A DNA stretch of 64,000 bases from an uncultured Nitrososphaeraceae archaeon (lineage in GTDB: Archaea; Thermoproteota; Nitrososphaeria; Nitrososphaerales; Nitrososphaeraceae), in the NCBI GenBank assembly GCA_963765895.1, contig CAVXZB010000024.1:64001-128000 (forward strand), read 5' to 3'. The first letter of the stretch is position 1; each line of letters starts with the position of its first letter. The position numbers were made by a program, and so were the translations under genes. Under the pieces are notes generated by a model. The model was not told where the DNA came from and searched no databases. It saw only the letters and a list, made by a program, of their open reading frames with translations. Positions 43,787 through 56,350 of this stretch are shown here, piece by piece.

Positions 43787-44944
43787 TATTCATGACCCTA
43801 GACTTGAGGATATTAGTGATCCATCGATGTCTATATGTCAAGTACATCTTGCTTGAGTTAAATAGTTTGGGCAATGAAACTTCAATTGGTAACATATTTA
43901 GTTTGATATGGGTCTCTATCTCGCATGTTCACTACATTGTAGTATTCAGAATATATTAGGCAAAATGGTCAGACCGATTTGAACTGTATATCTTAGGTAG
44001 GCTGATTGTGTACTTAGGAAATTCTCGTCATTAAACTTGGTACGTGGTTTGATTACCCTCCTTTTAGATCCCTTTAACTAATTTGACCAGTCTATGTACT
44101 GAAATAACGTAGGATATAGAATATTTCGGTGTGTTAAGATCTAGAGCTAGTCGTTGTACTTATCTATGGGGCGACAATACAGTCTACCTACATGAGTTAC
44201 ACTCTATCAGGTAGTATTTCCAATTAGGAATCGGGAATAAGTTTGAGCCGTCAGATAAAAAGAAGGGACTGGTGATACCCTAAGTAACATTTGTAAGAGA
44301 TACGTTAAATCCAGAAAAGCATGCTGTAAGTAAAAATTGCAAGATCGAGGGGGGTTTGAATAGAAGGATTATTAGATTTCTCAGCTGTTATAATATCATA
44401 TGAGTGAATTAACATCAGAATTGAGGTAACAAAATTGATATACTGATAAACAGGAGATTTGGATGTAATAGGTTAGATATCCTTGGCGCCTTCTATCTGA
44501 ATAATTCTAGTAAAAGGATTAATTCGTAAGTTGATTGCACGATTGCTCTAGAAAAGTAGCCAGCAAAATGATCTGAAAGAGATAAGCAGATGTTCTGAAT
44601 GTATTAGGGGGTCGAATAATGATTGATGACAAACATAATTAGGGGATGCATGAGAATCGAAGGCGATTTTGTATCCAAAATCCACAGACATTTTCTTGTA
44701 CACAATTAGATAGCTGATAAACAAATTCCAAAATGTTATCCACTGTAACAAAGAAAAATCAGAAAATAACAATGTGATATAGGACGAGTTCAAGGAGATA
44801 TTAAATGGAATCAATGGCTTCATCGGCAGTGAATTGGATTAGGGCTCTTAAAAATAAATACAAAAAATCAACATACATCATCAGTTTCTAGAAATTAATC
44901 ATTCATAATTACATTATTTTAGCAAATAAAAAATAAGGACAGTT

Positions 44945-45746
44945 TTATTTCTTATTGCCTCCGCCGAATATGTTCTTCAGTGCTTGGCCTACTTTGGCAA
45001 ATAAATTATTTGAGCTAGTATTGCCTGAATTTGCACCAGCACTATTATTAGATTTTGCTGCCTGATGATGCGGTCTTATTCATTTGTGCTAAACCACCCT
45101 TTGTATTATTACCAGCGCTAGATGTCTTGCTTGCATTTGAAGACGTAGGGGTTTGCGATTTGGAGGTCATATTGGCGCTGGTTCCCTTATTTACACTAGA
45201 GGCTGGGGCTGTCGCATTAGGTTTGCTTGATTGTTGTGCTGTCGCATTAGGTTTGCTTGATTGTTGTGCTGTCGCATTAGGTTTGCTTGATTGTTGTGCT
45301 GTCGCATTAGGTTTGCTTGATTGTTGTGCTGTCGCATTAGGTTTGCTTGATTGTTGTGCTGTCGCATTAGGTTTGCTTGATTGTTGTGCTGTCGCATTAG
45401 GTTTGCTTGATTTCTGAGCTGTCATATTGGCTTTACTGGGACCCGCTGTAGTATTCTGTTCTTTAGATAATCCCTGAGATAGGCTAGGTTTTTTACCTAC
45501 TGATGCGCCACCCTGTAAGAATGCAGTATTATTTCCCATCTGCTCCAATTGATTCGCAGTTGCCGCGGGCTTGGCGGGCTTCGACGGACTCGACTGATTC
45601 GATCCATTGGGGCTCGTTTTGGTATTATTAGATGAACTTGTACTGTTACTCTGTGCCATAACTCTGGGCTGGGCAGAACTTGCGGATGCAAGAACGAGTC
45701 CCAAAGACAGCGCTAGTACAACTGCCACTAGTAGCTTATTTTCCAT
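44945..45746 (-). CDS. Secreted Ser/Thr/Asn-rich protein with 10-aa tandem repeats; apparent +1 indel near 45055
   Basis: Signal peptide and (NATAQQSSKP)n. The shifted frame continues SNNSAGANSGNTSSNNLFAKVGQALKNIFGGGNKK* to a TAA at 44947-44945. Confidence 0.8.
45211..45420. repeat. 30-bp tandem repeat, six perfect copies plus one variant
   Basis: Unit gtcgcattaggtttgcttgattgttgtgct repeated without spacers. Confidence 0.95.
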
Positions 45747-46073
45747 AGCAAATCACATGCAAAATACTTTTTAATACTTTGCTATTGTTAACTCTCGTAC
45801 GCCATTTACATGATCGCCAATCAAGAAAGGCATTATGACTTTTCCTGACTTTACTACCCAAGTAAGTAGACATTTGTTTCGAGCTGAAAATGTTCATAGT
45901 GGAAGGTCAATGAACAAACTTAGATATATTCCTCGTAGAGGTTGGACTTCCAAGTGTCAAACAGTAGAAAACCTGAGCAAAAATACAGGAAATCTGAATA
46001 GACAAAGTGATGGATTTCCAGGTGAGTTATTGAAGGAGAAAGGCTCCTTCAGGTTAGAGCTATGATATTTGTT

Positions 46074-46517
46074 TCATTTGACTATAAGAACAGGACAATG
46101 CGCATAGTTCACAACTCCTGATGCAACGCTCCCCAACAACAGTTTTTTAAATCCAGACCTACCTCGCGTGCCTATAACAATTAAGTCAACTTTTTCCTTT
46201 TCGGCAAATCCTACTATCCCACCAACCGCGGACGGAGATCCGATTAACTCTGATCTTATACCAACTTTTCTGTCATTTATGGATATTTCTTTTAGTTTGT
46301 CTAGAACTTCTTGCCCTTGTTGTTTTAGCATGTTTACATGAGGTGGAGTCTCAGGACCGAATATAGTTATGTCTGAAAGAATTACGTACAGTGCAATTAG
46401 CTCTGAATCGTACACAGTAGCTATTCGTATAGCATATTTAGCCGCTTCTATCGATGCCTCCGAACCGTCTACACCTACGAGGATCTTAGAAAATACACCT
46501 TCTTTATTTTCATGCAT
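46074..46517 (-). CDS. Universal stress protein (UspA family)
   Basis: KILVGVDGSEAS and DLIVIGTRGRSGFKKLLLGSVASGVVNYAHCPVLIVK. Confidence 0.95.
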   Translation of the reverse strand: MHENKEGVFSKILVGVDGSEASIEAAKYAIRIATVYDSELIALYVILSDITIFGPETPPHVNMLKQQGQEVLDKLKEISINDRKVGIRSELIGSPSAVGGIVGFAEKEKVDLIVIGTRGRSGFKKLLLGSVASGVVNYAHCPVLIVK

Positions 46518-46663
46518 AGCAGATTATATAATCCCTAGGTTAAAAGGATCTGCCACCATAGCAACGTACTTGATATCGGATGAGCCGATGATTGGTAATT
46601 CCAGTTGGTTAAGTGAATTATGCAGTTTAATTCATGGGTTACCGTCTGTTGTACTCAATCTAC

Positions 46664-47645
46664 CTAAGAACCCATTCCAAAAATAGATAGACATATAGCT
46701 TGTAAGGGTTTTGTTCATTGATGTGGCTTGTGATAGACTCAGTATCTTCCAACTGTCAAAAAAAATCTCTGATGTGTTATGGAATGAGGCCAGGTTGTTG
46801 ATACGTCCACGAGAAAATCAAATAATACCATCTGACTTCCAGCAGCAGTATCATCTAGGAAGGTATTCGATGGTATTGTATATGTTTTTGGAATGTCTTG
46901 AATCAATTTCAGTTGAAGATAGATGTTGTCAAAGGAGTATGGTTCAGGTTCGACATATCATAGACTATTCCTGTAATGGTCAATATAAGATATTTGAGAG
47001 ATTATGGACTAGACATGCTAAAAAAAGTGTATGATGCTAAGGTAGAAATTCAATGGAAATGGCAAATCACTTGATAGTAGTAGTATATCGGTAAAGGCAT
47101 CTCCAGGCAGAAATGACTGATTGGACCTAATCCTATAGACAGATGTAAGTTACTTAGGAACAAAACGTCATCATGTATTAATAACCGATGGACAAGGTAT
47201 TCCATTATCTGTTTCTGTTGTTATTATTATTATTATAACTGCGGCTAATACCCATGATGATATGAAAGGCAGCTATAGTCACGCTGGATAATAATACCGT
47301 AGTTAAAAGATCGTCCAGGACATATAAAGAAATACAGAATCTTGATCTATCTTGATAAAGGATGTGACTTTCAAGCCATCGAAGTGTACGAACCAACAAA
47401 GGATATCTATCACATATTTGACATAGAGGAGAACAATCAGTTATAAAGATTAATGGTGGTAATAATCATTGTCATCATGTTAAAAGAAGATGGGCTGTAG
47501 AAACAACTAACTCTTGGCATAACAGGCTCAGAAAACTTTTGGTTAGATACGAGAAGAAGTTAGAAAACTATTTTGCATTAGTAGGAGTATGTTTAGGCTG
47601 TTGTATATTTATCTATAGGAGGATATTTTTGGGATAGTCTTTAAG
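46664..47645 (+). mobile_element. Degenerate IS5-family insertion sequence (transposase pseudogene with eroded terminal inverted repeats)
   Basis: Fragments ISDVLWNE, RKVFDGIVYV, KEYGSGSTYHR, GPNPIDR, AANTHD, DKG and RRWAVETTNSWHNRLRKLLVRYEKKLENY...RRIFLG*. Ends ctaagaacccattccaaaaat and the reverse complement cttaaagactatcccaaaaat match 15/21. Confidence 0.85.
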
Positions 47646-48590
47646 TAGAATCAACTCTGTGTAAGCACCAGATATTTGGCGGCACTTTCATATAAAACGG
47701 ATCTAGAGCCATGTTTTCACTTTGATAAGGTCAACCAGCACCGATATCCCATAGACTAAGTCATGGAATCTATTTGACGAGTGGTAATTACTTTCAGGTC
47801 GTCGAATGAAGATAACGTTGAGAATGGGTTGAATGGGTGTAAGGATGCGCAGCATACTATTGGACGCCAGAATATATAAAAAGCACTTCAAATATAGTTA
47901 CATATAGACGAGAATCTCCTGTATGACTTATCAATGAGCTAGATTGTTTAGTCGAAGGTAAAATATAGACAACACCTTTTATATTTGCGATTATGGGCCA
48001 CTCGGCTCATTTTTCATCATAAATGGTATCACTGGTTGTTAGGCGGATACTAAGATATAGTAAACCATTCAATATCAGTTTTACCTCTTTGCTATTGCAA
48101 GGCATTACTTGAAGATATCAAGTCAAAGAAATCATAAAACTAAAGACTGGTTCAAGAGTAATCTCGGTACTTACCCCCTAATAGTATAGAGAGAACTCAT
48201 TCATGAATTGAAGCAAATCATATGGGCGTGTAATGAGGTTTATGTCGCGAGTTATTGACTCTTATCCGATATGTATGACTTTCCAATCAAGGACAAGATA
48301 AATGCTAATTTGGATAGCGTGTCGTATTTGATGATGATTACAAGTAAATTGCATTAACACATAATCTTAATTCTGAGATACTAATGACGTAATTAGGTCT
48401 GTAATCCAGTTATGTCATATTTTTTAAATCTACCAATGAGCTGAAAATATGCGATAAGTGTTGAGATATTAGCTAAAAAATTAGGAATACTGACTAAACT
48501 ACGGTATGGATTAGAAAGGCTTCAAAACTAAGTACTGCTCATTATTTATTCTTGTGACATGTTAATTCCAAATTTATCTAAGGAGATCAT

Positions 48591-48785
48591 TTAGTCCTTG
48601 TAAAGATTTTCTTCCTTTAGAATTCTAATTACTTCTGGGATTTCTAGATCAAGTTGCATGGCAATAAATTCCTCAGCGATGCCAGATTCGTATAGATTCA
48701 TCACAATTCTCATCTTGTCCTTCGAAACGCCCTTCTTATTTGACGTCAGTGGCGGGTCTTGTGATGATATCTCTTTATTACTCAT
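48591..48785 (-). CDS. Small HTH-like hypothetical protein
   Basis: IVMNLYESGIAEEFIAMQLDLEIPEVIRILK; TATA upstream. Confidence 0.75.
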   Translation of the reverse strand: MSNKEISSQDPPLTSNKKGVSKDKMRIVMNLYESGIAEEFIAMQLDLEIPEVIRILKEENLYKD

Positions 48786-49051
48786 CTATCGGCAGTATTA
48801 TGTAATGATCTTATAAATGTTGATTTCTTTTCAACCGCTACATAAATATGTAGATTCTCTAAGTTATTTCAAGAAATATTATAAATATAAGTAACCTATT
48901 TTGCTATATCGAGCAGATATAATACTGTAGTAGGATATTCTGCACATGAGTCGCACGCAGCAAAATGTTGTCCTGAATAACTAGTATAGTTAGGTAATCG
49001 TGGGGTGATTACGAAAAAAACTCAATACAATATTACTTATGAATATTGAGC

Positions 49052-49762
49052 TCATTTTGATGTAGATGCTACGGACATAATATAAGGATTTTTCCACTCA
49101 ATAAAACTGGCATAGTTTAAGGATCTAACATCAGTTAAGTAGTTTGGCAAAATTTTTATAAATTTAAAGCCATTATCCAATTCAAATGACAATACCGGGT
49201 CATGTATTCTACCGGCTACCACTTCCTGAGCATATTCCAAAGGAGACAGTATTCCAGCATGCTCACAATAATTATAGAGTCTTCCTCCGGCGATCATTCT
49301 CTTCAATGCGTATTTGATGGCCAGTTCCTTTCTAGCTCCATATAACATAGTTCCAATTCCCTCATGTCTATATTTTGGATGACTGGATATATCCGCTCCA
49401 TAAAGGCTGTCTCCATTAGGATTATGATTTGTAAACAGACCATCAGCAGTAACCTTGCACCAAGTGTGTTCAGCATATTCTGGCGTAGGAGAAATAATAA
49501 GAGTACTGGCAGATCCAACAACCGTTCCGTCATGCTCAACGGCAACAAATTGCCCTTGTGGAAAGATATGAATGTGGCTTTCCAATTCTTCACGATGCCA
49601 TATATTACCATATTTGGCTAAGTAGGGGAAAGATATCTCCTGAAGTAGGATTATTTTAGAAATGTCGTCCGGTCTCGTATTTCTTATCGTGAGATGTGTA
49701 TTGGTTTTTAGTTCATCGTGATTACCAGATAGGTGATTTTCATTCAAGGCTAATTCTATCAC
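49052..49762 (-). CDS. GNAT N-acetyltransferase (type often paired with carbon-nitrogen hydrolases)
   Basis: FPQGQFVA, HNPNGDSLYGADISSHPKYRHEGIG, AGGRL, DPVLSFELDNGF and NYLTD.RS.NYA..IEW.NP. Confidence 0.85.
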   Translation of the reverse strand: MIELALNENHLSGNHDELKTNTHLTIRNTRPDDISKIILLQEISFPYLAKYGNIWHREELESHIHIFPQGQFVAVEHDGTVVGSASTLIISPTPEYAEHTWCKVTADGLFTNHNPNGDSLYGADISSHPKYRHEGIGTMLYGARKELAIKYALKRMIAGGRLYNYCEHAGILSPLEYAQEVVAGRIHDPVLSFELDNGFKFIKILPNYLTDVRSLNYASFIEWKNPYIMSVASTSK

Positions 49763-50723
49763 CCTTTATGGTTCCTGAGATAGCATCTAAAAAGAGGAAT
49801 GTTTTATAGGTTATTGTCATCGTATATCTCTGGTAACGAGAATCGATACCTTTTATAAGCTTACTTTGAAAATACATTTACCTGGGGAAAGTCGCACTCT
49901 TAAATTGCTTTGCTCAGAATCTAATTCTAGCCAAGACATCACCACTAACTAATTTTGCATATTTTCCACGAACTTGACATTTAATCATCTCACGTGGGTA
50001 GTATATTAGAGCTATAAATCCAAGTTCATCATATATAAGAGGCACTGAATAAGTACTAGAATATTACAAAGATGGTAAATAGCACTTTTATTCTATCATT
50101 TGCTGCTTATCATCGGTTGTGTTGATTTCAATGGTCAAGAACAAAAATATCTAGGTACCTTGTCGTTAGGTCAACAGATGTCTCCCTGCAAAACTAATAA
50201 GCAAAACCGACTCAGGGATCGAAATATAAACTCATACATAACAACATCATAGAAAACAAGTGAAATTTAGCTGCAATTTAAGACTGCATACTTCATTATA
50301 TGCTAGAGAAACAGAGGGAGATTGAGAAACCGGAATTGATTTGATCCGCTGTTCAAATTTCTAGGGAAACATATTCGTGCCCTACGAGTATTGACATTAG
50401 ATAACTATACAGGCCTACTTGTCCTAACTGCGCATATCGACGTAGTACTTGTTAAATACGAATGCTTAAGTCAGGAGAACTGCATGAGTGGTATTCTGCG
50501 ACAGTACTAAGCGTACTACAGTGTTGATTGTACTTATCGAAGCAATGTTTGCTATTCAAAGATTTCACTTATTTAGTCGACATTGAACCCAAGTATTGTC
50601 ACCATCCATTGCTGACTAATAATAAAACTAGATTCAGAAATTTGGTACGCTTTTAGGCAATAATCTTGGTGTCGCGAAATCCATATAACATTCGAAATAC
50701 CTCCTGATACTAGAGAATTTGGG

Positions 50724-50840
50724 ATGAAAATAGTAACTGGTATTTGTAAACTTTGTTGTAAGTGGCAATTTAATCAAAAATTAAATAGAAATGAGAATGC
50801 GGCACACAATTTCGTAACTTGCAAGAAATGCAGGGGTTGA
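50724..50840 (+). CDS. 38-aa Zn-finger microprotein, not in the ORF track
   Basis: MKIVTGICKLCCKWQFNQKLNRNENAAHNFVTCKKCRG* (CxxC...CxxC). Confidence 0.45.
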   Translation: MKIVTGICKLCCKWQFNQKLNRNENAAHNFVTCKKCRG

Positions 50841-51305
50841 AGGCTATATCCTCAGCTGATACGCTTGTTAGTAATAAAGTTGAATAGTTCATGCACCTAC
50901 TCGACTAGCAACAACTAGGATTGCAGAAATCATGTTTATGATTGGCCTCATACAGCTTACTAAAAACTGATGACTAAGGAAGCTCTGATTCTGAACTCAT
51001 TGCAGATTCAGAACTACGTTATCAACTTTGTTTTGATTGACATGAGAATCTTGCTGGTGATATGGGAAGCAAAATGCTCGTTTAGACAACCTGGTTTATG
51101 TAGACATCAATATGTTTCAACTCCTATCGAGAAAAAGGTTAGAATAGAATCGGCGTGCTAGTTGAACAGTCAGGCCGCTAAGCATAATTTATCCCCTACG
51201 TAACATAACAATTAGTTTTTCAACAAAACTTTGTACTGAGAATAGTCAGAATTTATGTTTAGCTCGGTTTACACAAGGCTGGAAAAAGGTTTAGTTTGAT
51301 ATGTT

Positions 51306-52376
51306 TTATTGGATGATACGAAAAAAGTTTCTTCTATTTTTCATGGGTCTTCCTACAATTGGAAGAGAATTTCCACATACACTGCAACAGTTGTTATCAT
51401 CAAGATTCCATGAAATTATATTGAATCCATAGCGCTCTATTGCTATATTATTACATTCTGGACAATACGTATGTTCTAGTGGGTGGCCAGGTACATTGCC
51501 CAGGTATACAAATTTCAGGCCTTCTGCCTTTGCAATCGCGTAATGTTTCTCCAAGGTTTTGATAGGTGTCATGCCAAATTCCATCATTTTGTAGTCTGGG
51601 TGAAATCTCAAAAAGTGAATTGGGATATCTGGGCCTAAATGATCATATACGAATCTACTTAGATCCCTAGCAGCACCCAAATCATCTCCAACTTCAGGAA
51701 CTATGAGATCAGTAATTTCGGTATGAACAGATGTCTTACTTTTTAATTCGGTTAACGTCTGAAATATTGGTTCTGCAGAAGGAATGCCCACGTATCGTCT
51801 TACAAAATCTTGTTTGCCACTTCCCTTAAAGTCAACTGTCATACAATCCAAAAATTTACTCATCATTGCAACTGACTCTGGCGTATCATAACCATTTGAA
51901 ACAAAAATGTTAAAGAGACCCCTCCTGTGAGCTTCAAGGCCACAGTCTCTAGCAAATTCTATGAAAATGGAAGGTTCGTTATACGTATAGGCTATTCCAT
52001 TAGCACCTAAACGTTGAGCGCTATAAATTACTTCGGGGGGTGTCATTTCATTGCCTTCCACTTTTCGTCGTTGCGAAATATCATAATTCTGGCAATATTT
52101 ACATAGCCAATTACAGCCAGTAGTGGCAATCGAATAGATTGCCGTTCCTGGCATATAATGAGTTACAGGTTTTTTCTCAATCGGGTCTACGTTCCCTGCA
52201 ATGACCTTGCCATATACATATAAATATAACTTGTCGTCTGTGACGCCTCTAACACCACATAAACCTATTTTGCCGTTGGGAATTTCACAAAGTCTAGCAC
52301 AGGCAGTACATTTTATTCTACCATTTGGAAGTCTAACGTATAACTCGGCTTGCTTGCCAGTCGGTTCAGAGTGCAC
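51306..52376 (-). CDS. amrS: AmmeMemoRadiSam system radical SAM enzyme
   Basis: CTACARLC...GLCGVR, DPIEKKP..H, GCNWLCKYCQNYDISQ, YTYNEP, PIHFLRFHPDYK and VYLGNV...TYCPEC. Confidence 0.92.
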   Translation of the reverse strand: MHSEPTGKQAELYVRLPNGRIKCTACARLCEIPNGKIGLCGVRGVTDDKLYLYVYGKVIAGNVDPIEKKPVTHYMPGTAIYSIATTGCNWLCKYCQNYDISQRRKVEGNEMTPPEVIYSAQRLGANGIAYTYNEPSIFIEFARDCGLEAHRRGLFNIFVSNGYDTPESVAMMSKFLDCMTVDFKGSGKQDFVRRYVGIPSAEPIFQTLTELKSKTSVHTEITDLIVPEVGDDLGAARDLSRFVYDHLGPDIPIHFLRFHPDYKMMEFGMTPIKTLEKHYAIAKAEGLKFVYLGNVPGHPLEHTYCPECNNIAIERYGFNIISWNLDDNNCCSVCGNSLPIVGRPMKNRRNFFRIIQ

Positions 52377-53488
52377 TATGGATCATAATGCAGTAATGTA
52401 ATATAAGACTATAATGACGTCAAGGAATATGTTAGTTCTTCTAATATTTTTGATTTCAATATGAGGACCAGCAACATTAGCTTTTAACTGCTCCAAGATT
52501 TTAAAAACACGGCTTGTCTAGTCCTCGAAAATAAGGACATGTCCTGGATTTGTTTCTAAATTAGACGCAGTTTGTTATTATTTTGATATAACAATTGCAC
52601 TAATTGAAAGGATAAACAAATCATTCAGTAGCACAGCTGCCATGTATTCTCAAGAGAATAAAGGCTTGAACATCTAATGCACTATGGAGAACACATAACC
52701 AGCCATCATAATATTGTACTTTTTGTTTGTCCTTTGATCGCCAGGTTGATTAATTCATCTTGCACAGTCTTTTATTAATAAATTTATAGAGAGTGATGAT
52801 GCTAGTCGTCATGTCCCTTCATCAGCTTACTAGGAAGTTGAATAATTCACTTAATACATTCGGAATGCCTGTACATCAGAGCAGATATGAATTGCCAGGA
52901 ATGAGGAGATAGCATTTACCGACGTTGTAAAGATACATTGCCTGGAATTGTTTCATAAAAAATATACATTTGATGATTTGTCCAAGCCCGTGTGAATAGT
53001 GATGGGCTTGCAAGGTGATAATTATTCTGTACGGCTTGGGATTGTAATTGGATATTATAAAGATAATAACAACGGTACGAATAATATATTGGTCAGATGA
53101 AATTGCTAAAAGGCCCCAAATTAGTCAATTCTCTCTACAATCCACAGCAGTGTGTCAGAATTCTAGGGATTACCAATGTTATATTATCAAGGTATTCCAT
53201 GATAGTAAGTACGCAGCTTTTATTGTCAACTGCTGCGAAGGCTCTTTTTTGCTCTATAAGAAACAATCTCATCTCTGTATCTGCGATGATTTCATCTGTT
53301 GTTTTCGAAAAAGACTACGCTTGTAATCCTATCTCTGAGATAACGTTAAGACTATTTGAAGGCTTTCAAAGTGGCACGGAGGTCACACGAAGGCATGCCC
53401 GAAAAAGGTAGACACTAATTTTAGTCAGGTAGACGCAGATGACAGCAACACTACTGCTGATGAAGATAGATCTATTATAGCCAACCCT

Positions 53489-54961
53489 TTGATAAAACCA
53501 TTAAATTGGCATAGTGAACTTTATAGACGAATAAGGCTACTGCCATGGTGGGTTAAATATAACATTGGTGTAGCCGAGGCTGCGGTCCTGAAGAAAAGAA
53601 TTCTAATATTGGCTTCAGAAATCGGGTTTCAAGATAGGTGGACAGCAGCTCTGATAAGACATGCAGTATCAGAGTTTTCAAAGAAGGGACTTGGTGCTAA
53701 TTATTATGGGTATCACAATATTCAGCATGAGCTCGAGGCCGCCTATTTTACTCTATTAGCGGCCTACGACCAGTATAAACAAGGGCATAACTTTGACCAG
53801 CAGGATTTAATTTATTTATTTGTAGCCGCCCTATTTCATGACTATGATCCAATGAAGCAGTTTGATAAGCCTCATGAGGATTCAGTTGAAAGATTCTTAA
53901 GAAATGATAAGTGCATAAAAAAATTTGTCGACGATGTAGGAATAAATATTGATATCTTAATGGTGTTGATTCATCGGACGGCGTATCCATTCAGAGATAA
54001 GATTTCCGAACATGCCTCTACCAGGATTCAAGAATTGTTTACAGCCGCAGGTGTTCAAGTAAATGATTCTAGGGTTAGAGAACATTATAAATATCTTGGA
54101 TGGTTTCTGTCCGTGTCAGAACGTATAGCAGGATACGCTTTGGGCGACCTTGAACATGCGCGGGATCTTGCACGTCGCAATGCTCACGCATTGGGATGGC
54201 ATCCATCACGAATAAATGAAGAATCAGTACGCTACTTCAGTATTTTAAAGGATGAGAAAGACATGGTCGAATGTGTTTTAGAATACGTACCTCAAATCTA
54301 CAAGAGAAATTTCTTTGATAATATGGAGGGTTTTAGGGAGGCTTGGGAAGAAGAAAATAGGATAAGAGTATCTATTAGAAGAAATCAAACTGATCTAGTG
54401 CCGATTTTGATAGAGAAATGTGAGAGTATGAGTTCAGACGTAAGAAGATCCATTTTGAAAATATATAGGGAGTTACCACTTCCAGTACCAGCAATCCATG
54501 ATAAGAAATTCAATAAATCACTCACTAATCCTAAGACGATTCTAATTACGTTAAGGGTTAATGAGGAAAATGGTGAAATCGTTGGCTATGTAAAAGGCGG
54601 ACCTCTGGAAATCTACGAACTAAGACGAGGTACATATGATTCTAACGTAGGAAAAAGGAATACAGCATATATGGAATGGATTGGTATCAAATCTGGTTAC
54701 TGGGGGGAAGCTGGTGGCCATATTCTAAGATCAGAGTTTCTAAAGGAAGCAAGAAACAGAGGATATAGCTTTGTAACCGGCTATGTCCATAGGATCGTGA
54801 TACTAAACCGAAAGAATAGAGGCGAATCGATAGAACTTGTGCAAAAGTATGATCCAGATAAGCTAGACTATTACCGGATAGACCTTGAAAAGATGATGTG
54901 TACTACTCATCAGCCTTCAAGAGACATTGAAACAATGCCTCCAGATATTGGGATCCTTTAG
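53489..54961 (+). CDS. HD-domain protein fused to a C-terminal GNAT-like domain
   Basis: YGYHNIQH...AALFHDYDP...PHE; C-terminal IVGYVKGGPLE...NTAYMEWIGIKSGYWG...EARNRGYSFVTGY. Confidence 0.8.
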   Translation: MIKPLNWHSELYRRIRLLPWWVKYNIGVAEAAVLKKRILILASEIGFQDRWTAALIRHAVSEFSKKGLGANYYGYHNIQHELEAAYFTLLAAYDQYKQGHNFDQQDLIYLFVAALFHDYDPMKQFDKPHEDSVERFLRNDKCIKKFVDDVGINIDILMVLIHRTAYPFRDKISEHASTRIQELFTAAGVQVNDSRVREHYKYLGWFLSVSERIAGYALGDLEHARDLARRNAHALGWHPSRINEESVRYFSILKDEKDMVECVLEYVPQIYKRNFFDNMEGFREAWEEENRIRVSIRRNQTDLVPILIEKCESMSSDVRRSILKIYRELPLPVPAIHDKKFNKSLTNPKTILITLRVNEENGEIVGYVKGGPLEIYELRRGTYDSNVGKRNTAYMEWIGIKSGYWGEAGGHILRSEFLKEARNRGYSFVTGYVHRIVILNRKNRGESIELVQKYDPDKLDYYRIDLEKMMCTTHQPSRDIETMPPDIGIL

Positions 54962-56350
54962 AAAAGTTTGAAAAAAGAGAACCGTGATCATTCAGTCTGC
55001 TAAGATTAGAAAATTGTCGTGAGAATATATACGCTTTTGTCCACAATGGGAGCTAATATCGATTATCTCAAAGCATCGGTCTCGACATTCGAGTTCTACT
55101 ATAGATAAATTCTTTCGGCGTATCTACGCTATCCGACCGTTTATTTTGTTAATTTTTACACCAAGATCATCTATGTCTTAGTTTAAAGTACATAAAGTCT
55201 AGCGCATTTGGAGCTTTTTAGATTGCAAGAAATAGCCTATTCTGCGTACTAACGCAGTAATCTAGTCACAAAAATCTGAAAATATAATTTAGAACGTAAT
55301 TCAATCATTATATAAACACAATGACAAGCAGTCTGAGATAAGCGTGGTCCAATTTGAAAAAATAGGTTCTGGTTTTTATTAAATTTGACAGTTCTTCTTA
55401 GAATACCTCGTATATTACACGTCTGATTGAATTTTTTATATGATATCTATCAATATCTTAAAAATATAAATGTCTATTTTCTATAAACTACTCGGTTATG
55501 AATATCATTGATCGATAAAAATTAAAGAAATTTTTCATATAATATCGTGTAAGCCGTACAAATAATGGATCGCATCCATTTTTATTCTAGACCTTTCCAT
55601 ATAGCAGATAGGTAGTGGTAGAAGGAGATTAAAAGTTTGTCTCTGGGGGTATTAGTGTACTGCCGCCAATGAGGCTTTCTTTGCTGCCATCAGTCTTCCT
55701 TCCTACCACCACTGAAATTAAATATCTAGGACTAAATTACTTTGAGTTAATATTCTCTGAAAGAATGCATCCACAACCTTCTGATAATATATAATATTAG
55801 ATCAATATTTACGGTTCCCGAATACAAAAATAAATCTAATATGAATCAACATACTAGACATTTTTTTTACGCAAAAAACAGATGGATCAGACTCCCAGTT
55901 AACAATAGGTGAATTAACAAATGTACTGCTAATACTTACTAACAAATATTAATAAAAGGATCGTTAGCCTGTCAAAAACATCATAATGATTTTTCATACG
56001 ATTTGATTGCTAGCCTTTTCTATGGTTTGATTAGCATTCTTTATTGCATGATCTTACAAATGCATAGATGCATTATTTTTAATCCAACATTATATAAAAT
56101 TGCATCTCTCCTTAACTGTTTTTATCTCTTAATTCAACCCCATGAATATTATAAATTGGTTGGTTTCAACACTCGACAAGTCTTGAATACTGGATAAATC
56201 TATTATCAATCATACTTTTGTAAAAATGCAGTCATTGGCAACCATCAGTTTGCAACAACAAATAAATTATTGTTCCCTAAAAAAGAAACTAGAGAAACCA
56301 TAGTTGATTCAACAAGGCTTATATACCAAACATGTAACAATGAATAATTG

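Noticed and set aside
44081-44097. Fifth copy of the TetR operator (TTGACCAGTCTA)
   Set aside because: Only the core matches, and no intact gene start or TATA context is adjacent.
45211-45420. CRISPR array
   Set aside because: The 30-bp units are directly adjacent with no unique spacers and lie in frame within a secreted protein; no cas genes in the window.
53048-53411. Overlapping ORFs upstream of the HD-GNAT gene
   Set aside because: No motifs and conflicting frames; probably chance ORFs or eroded sequence.
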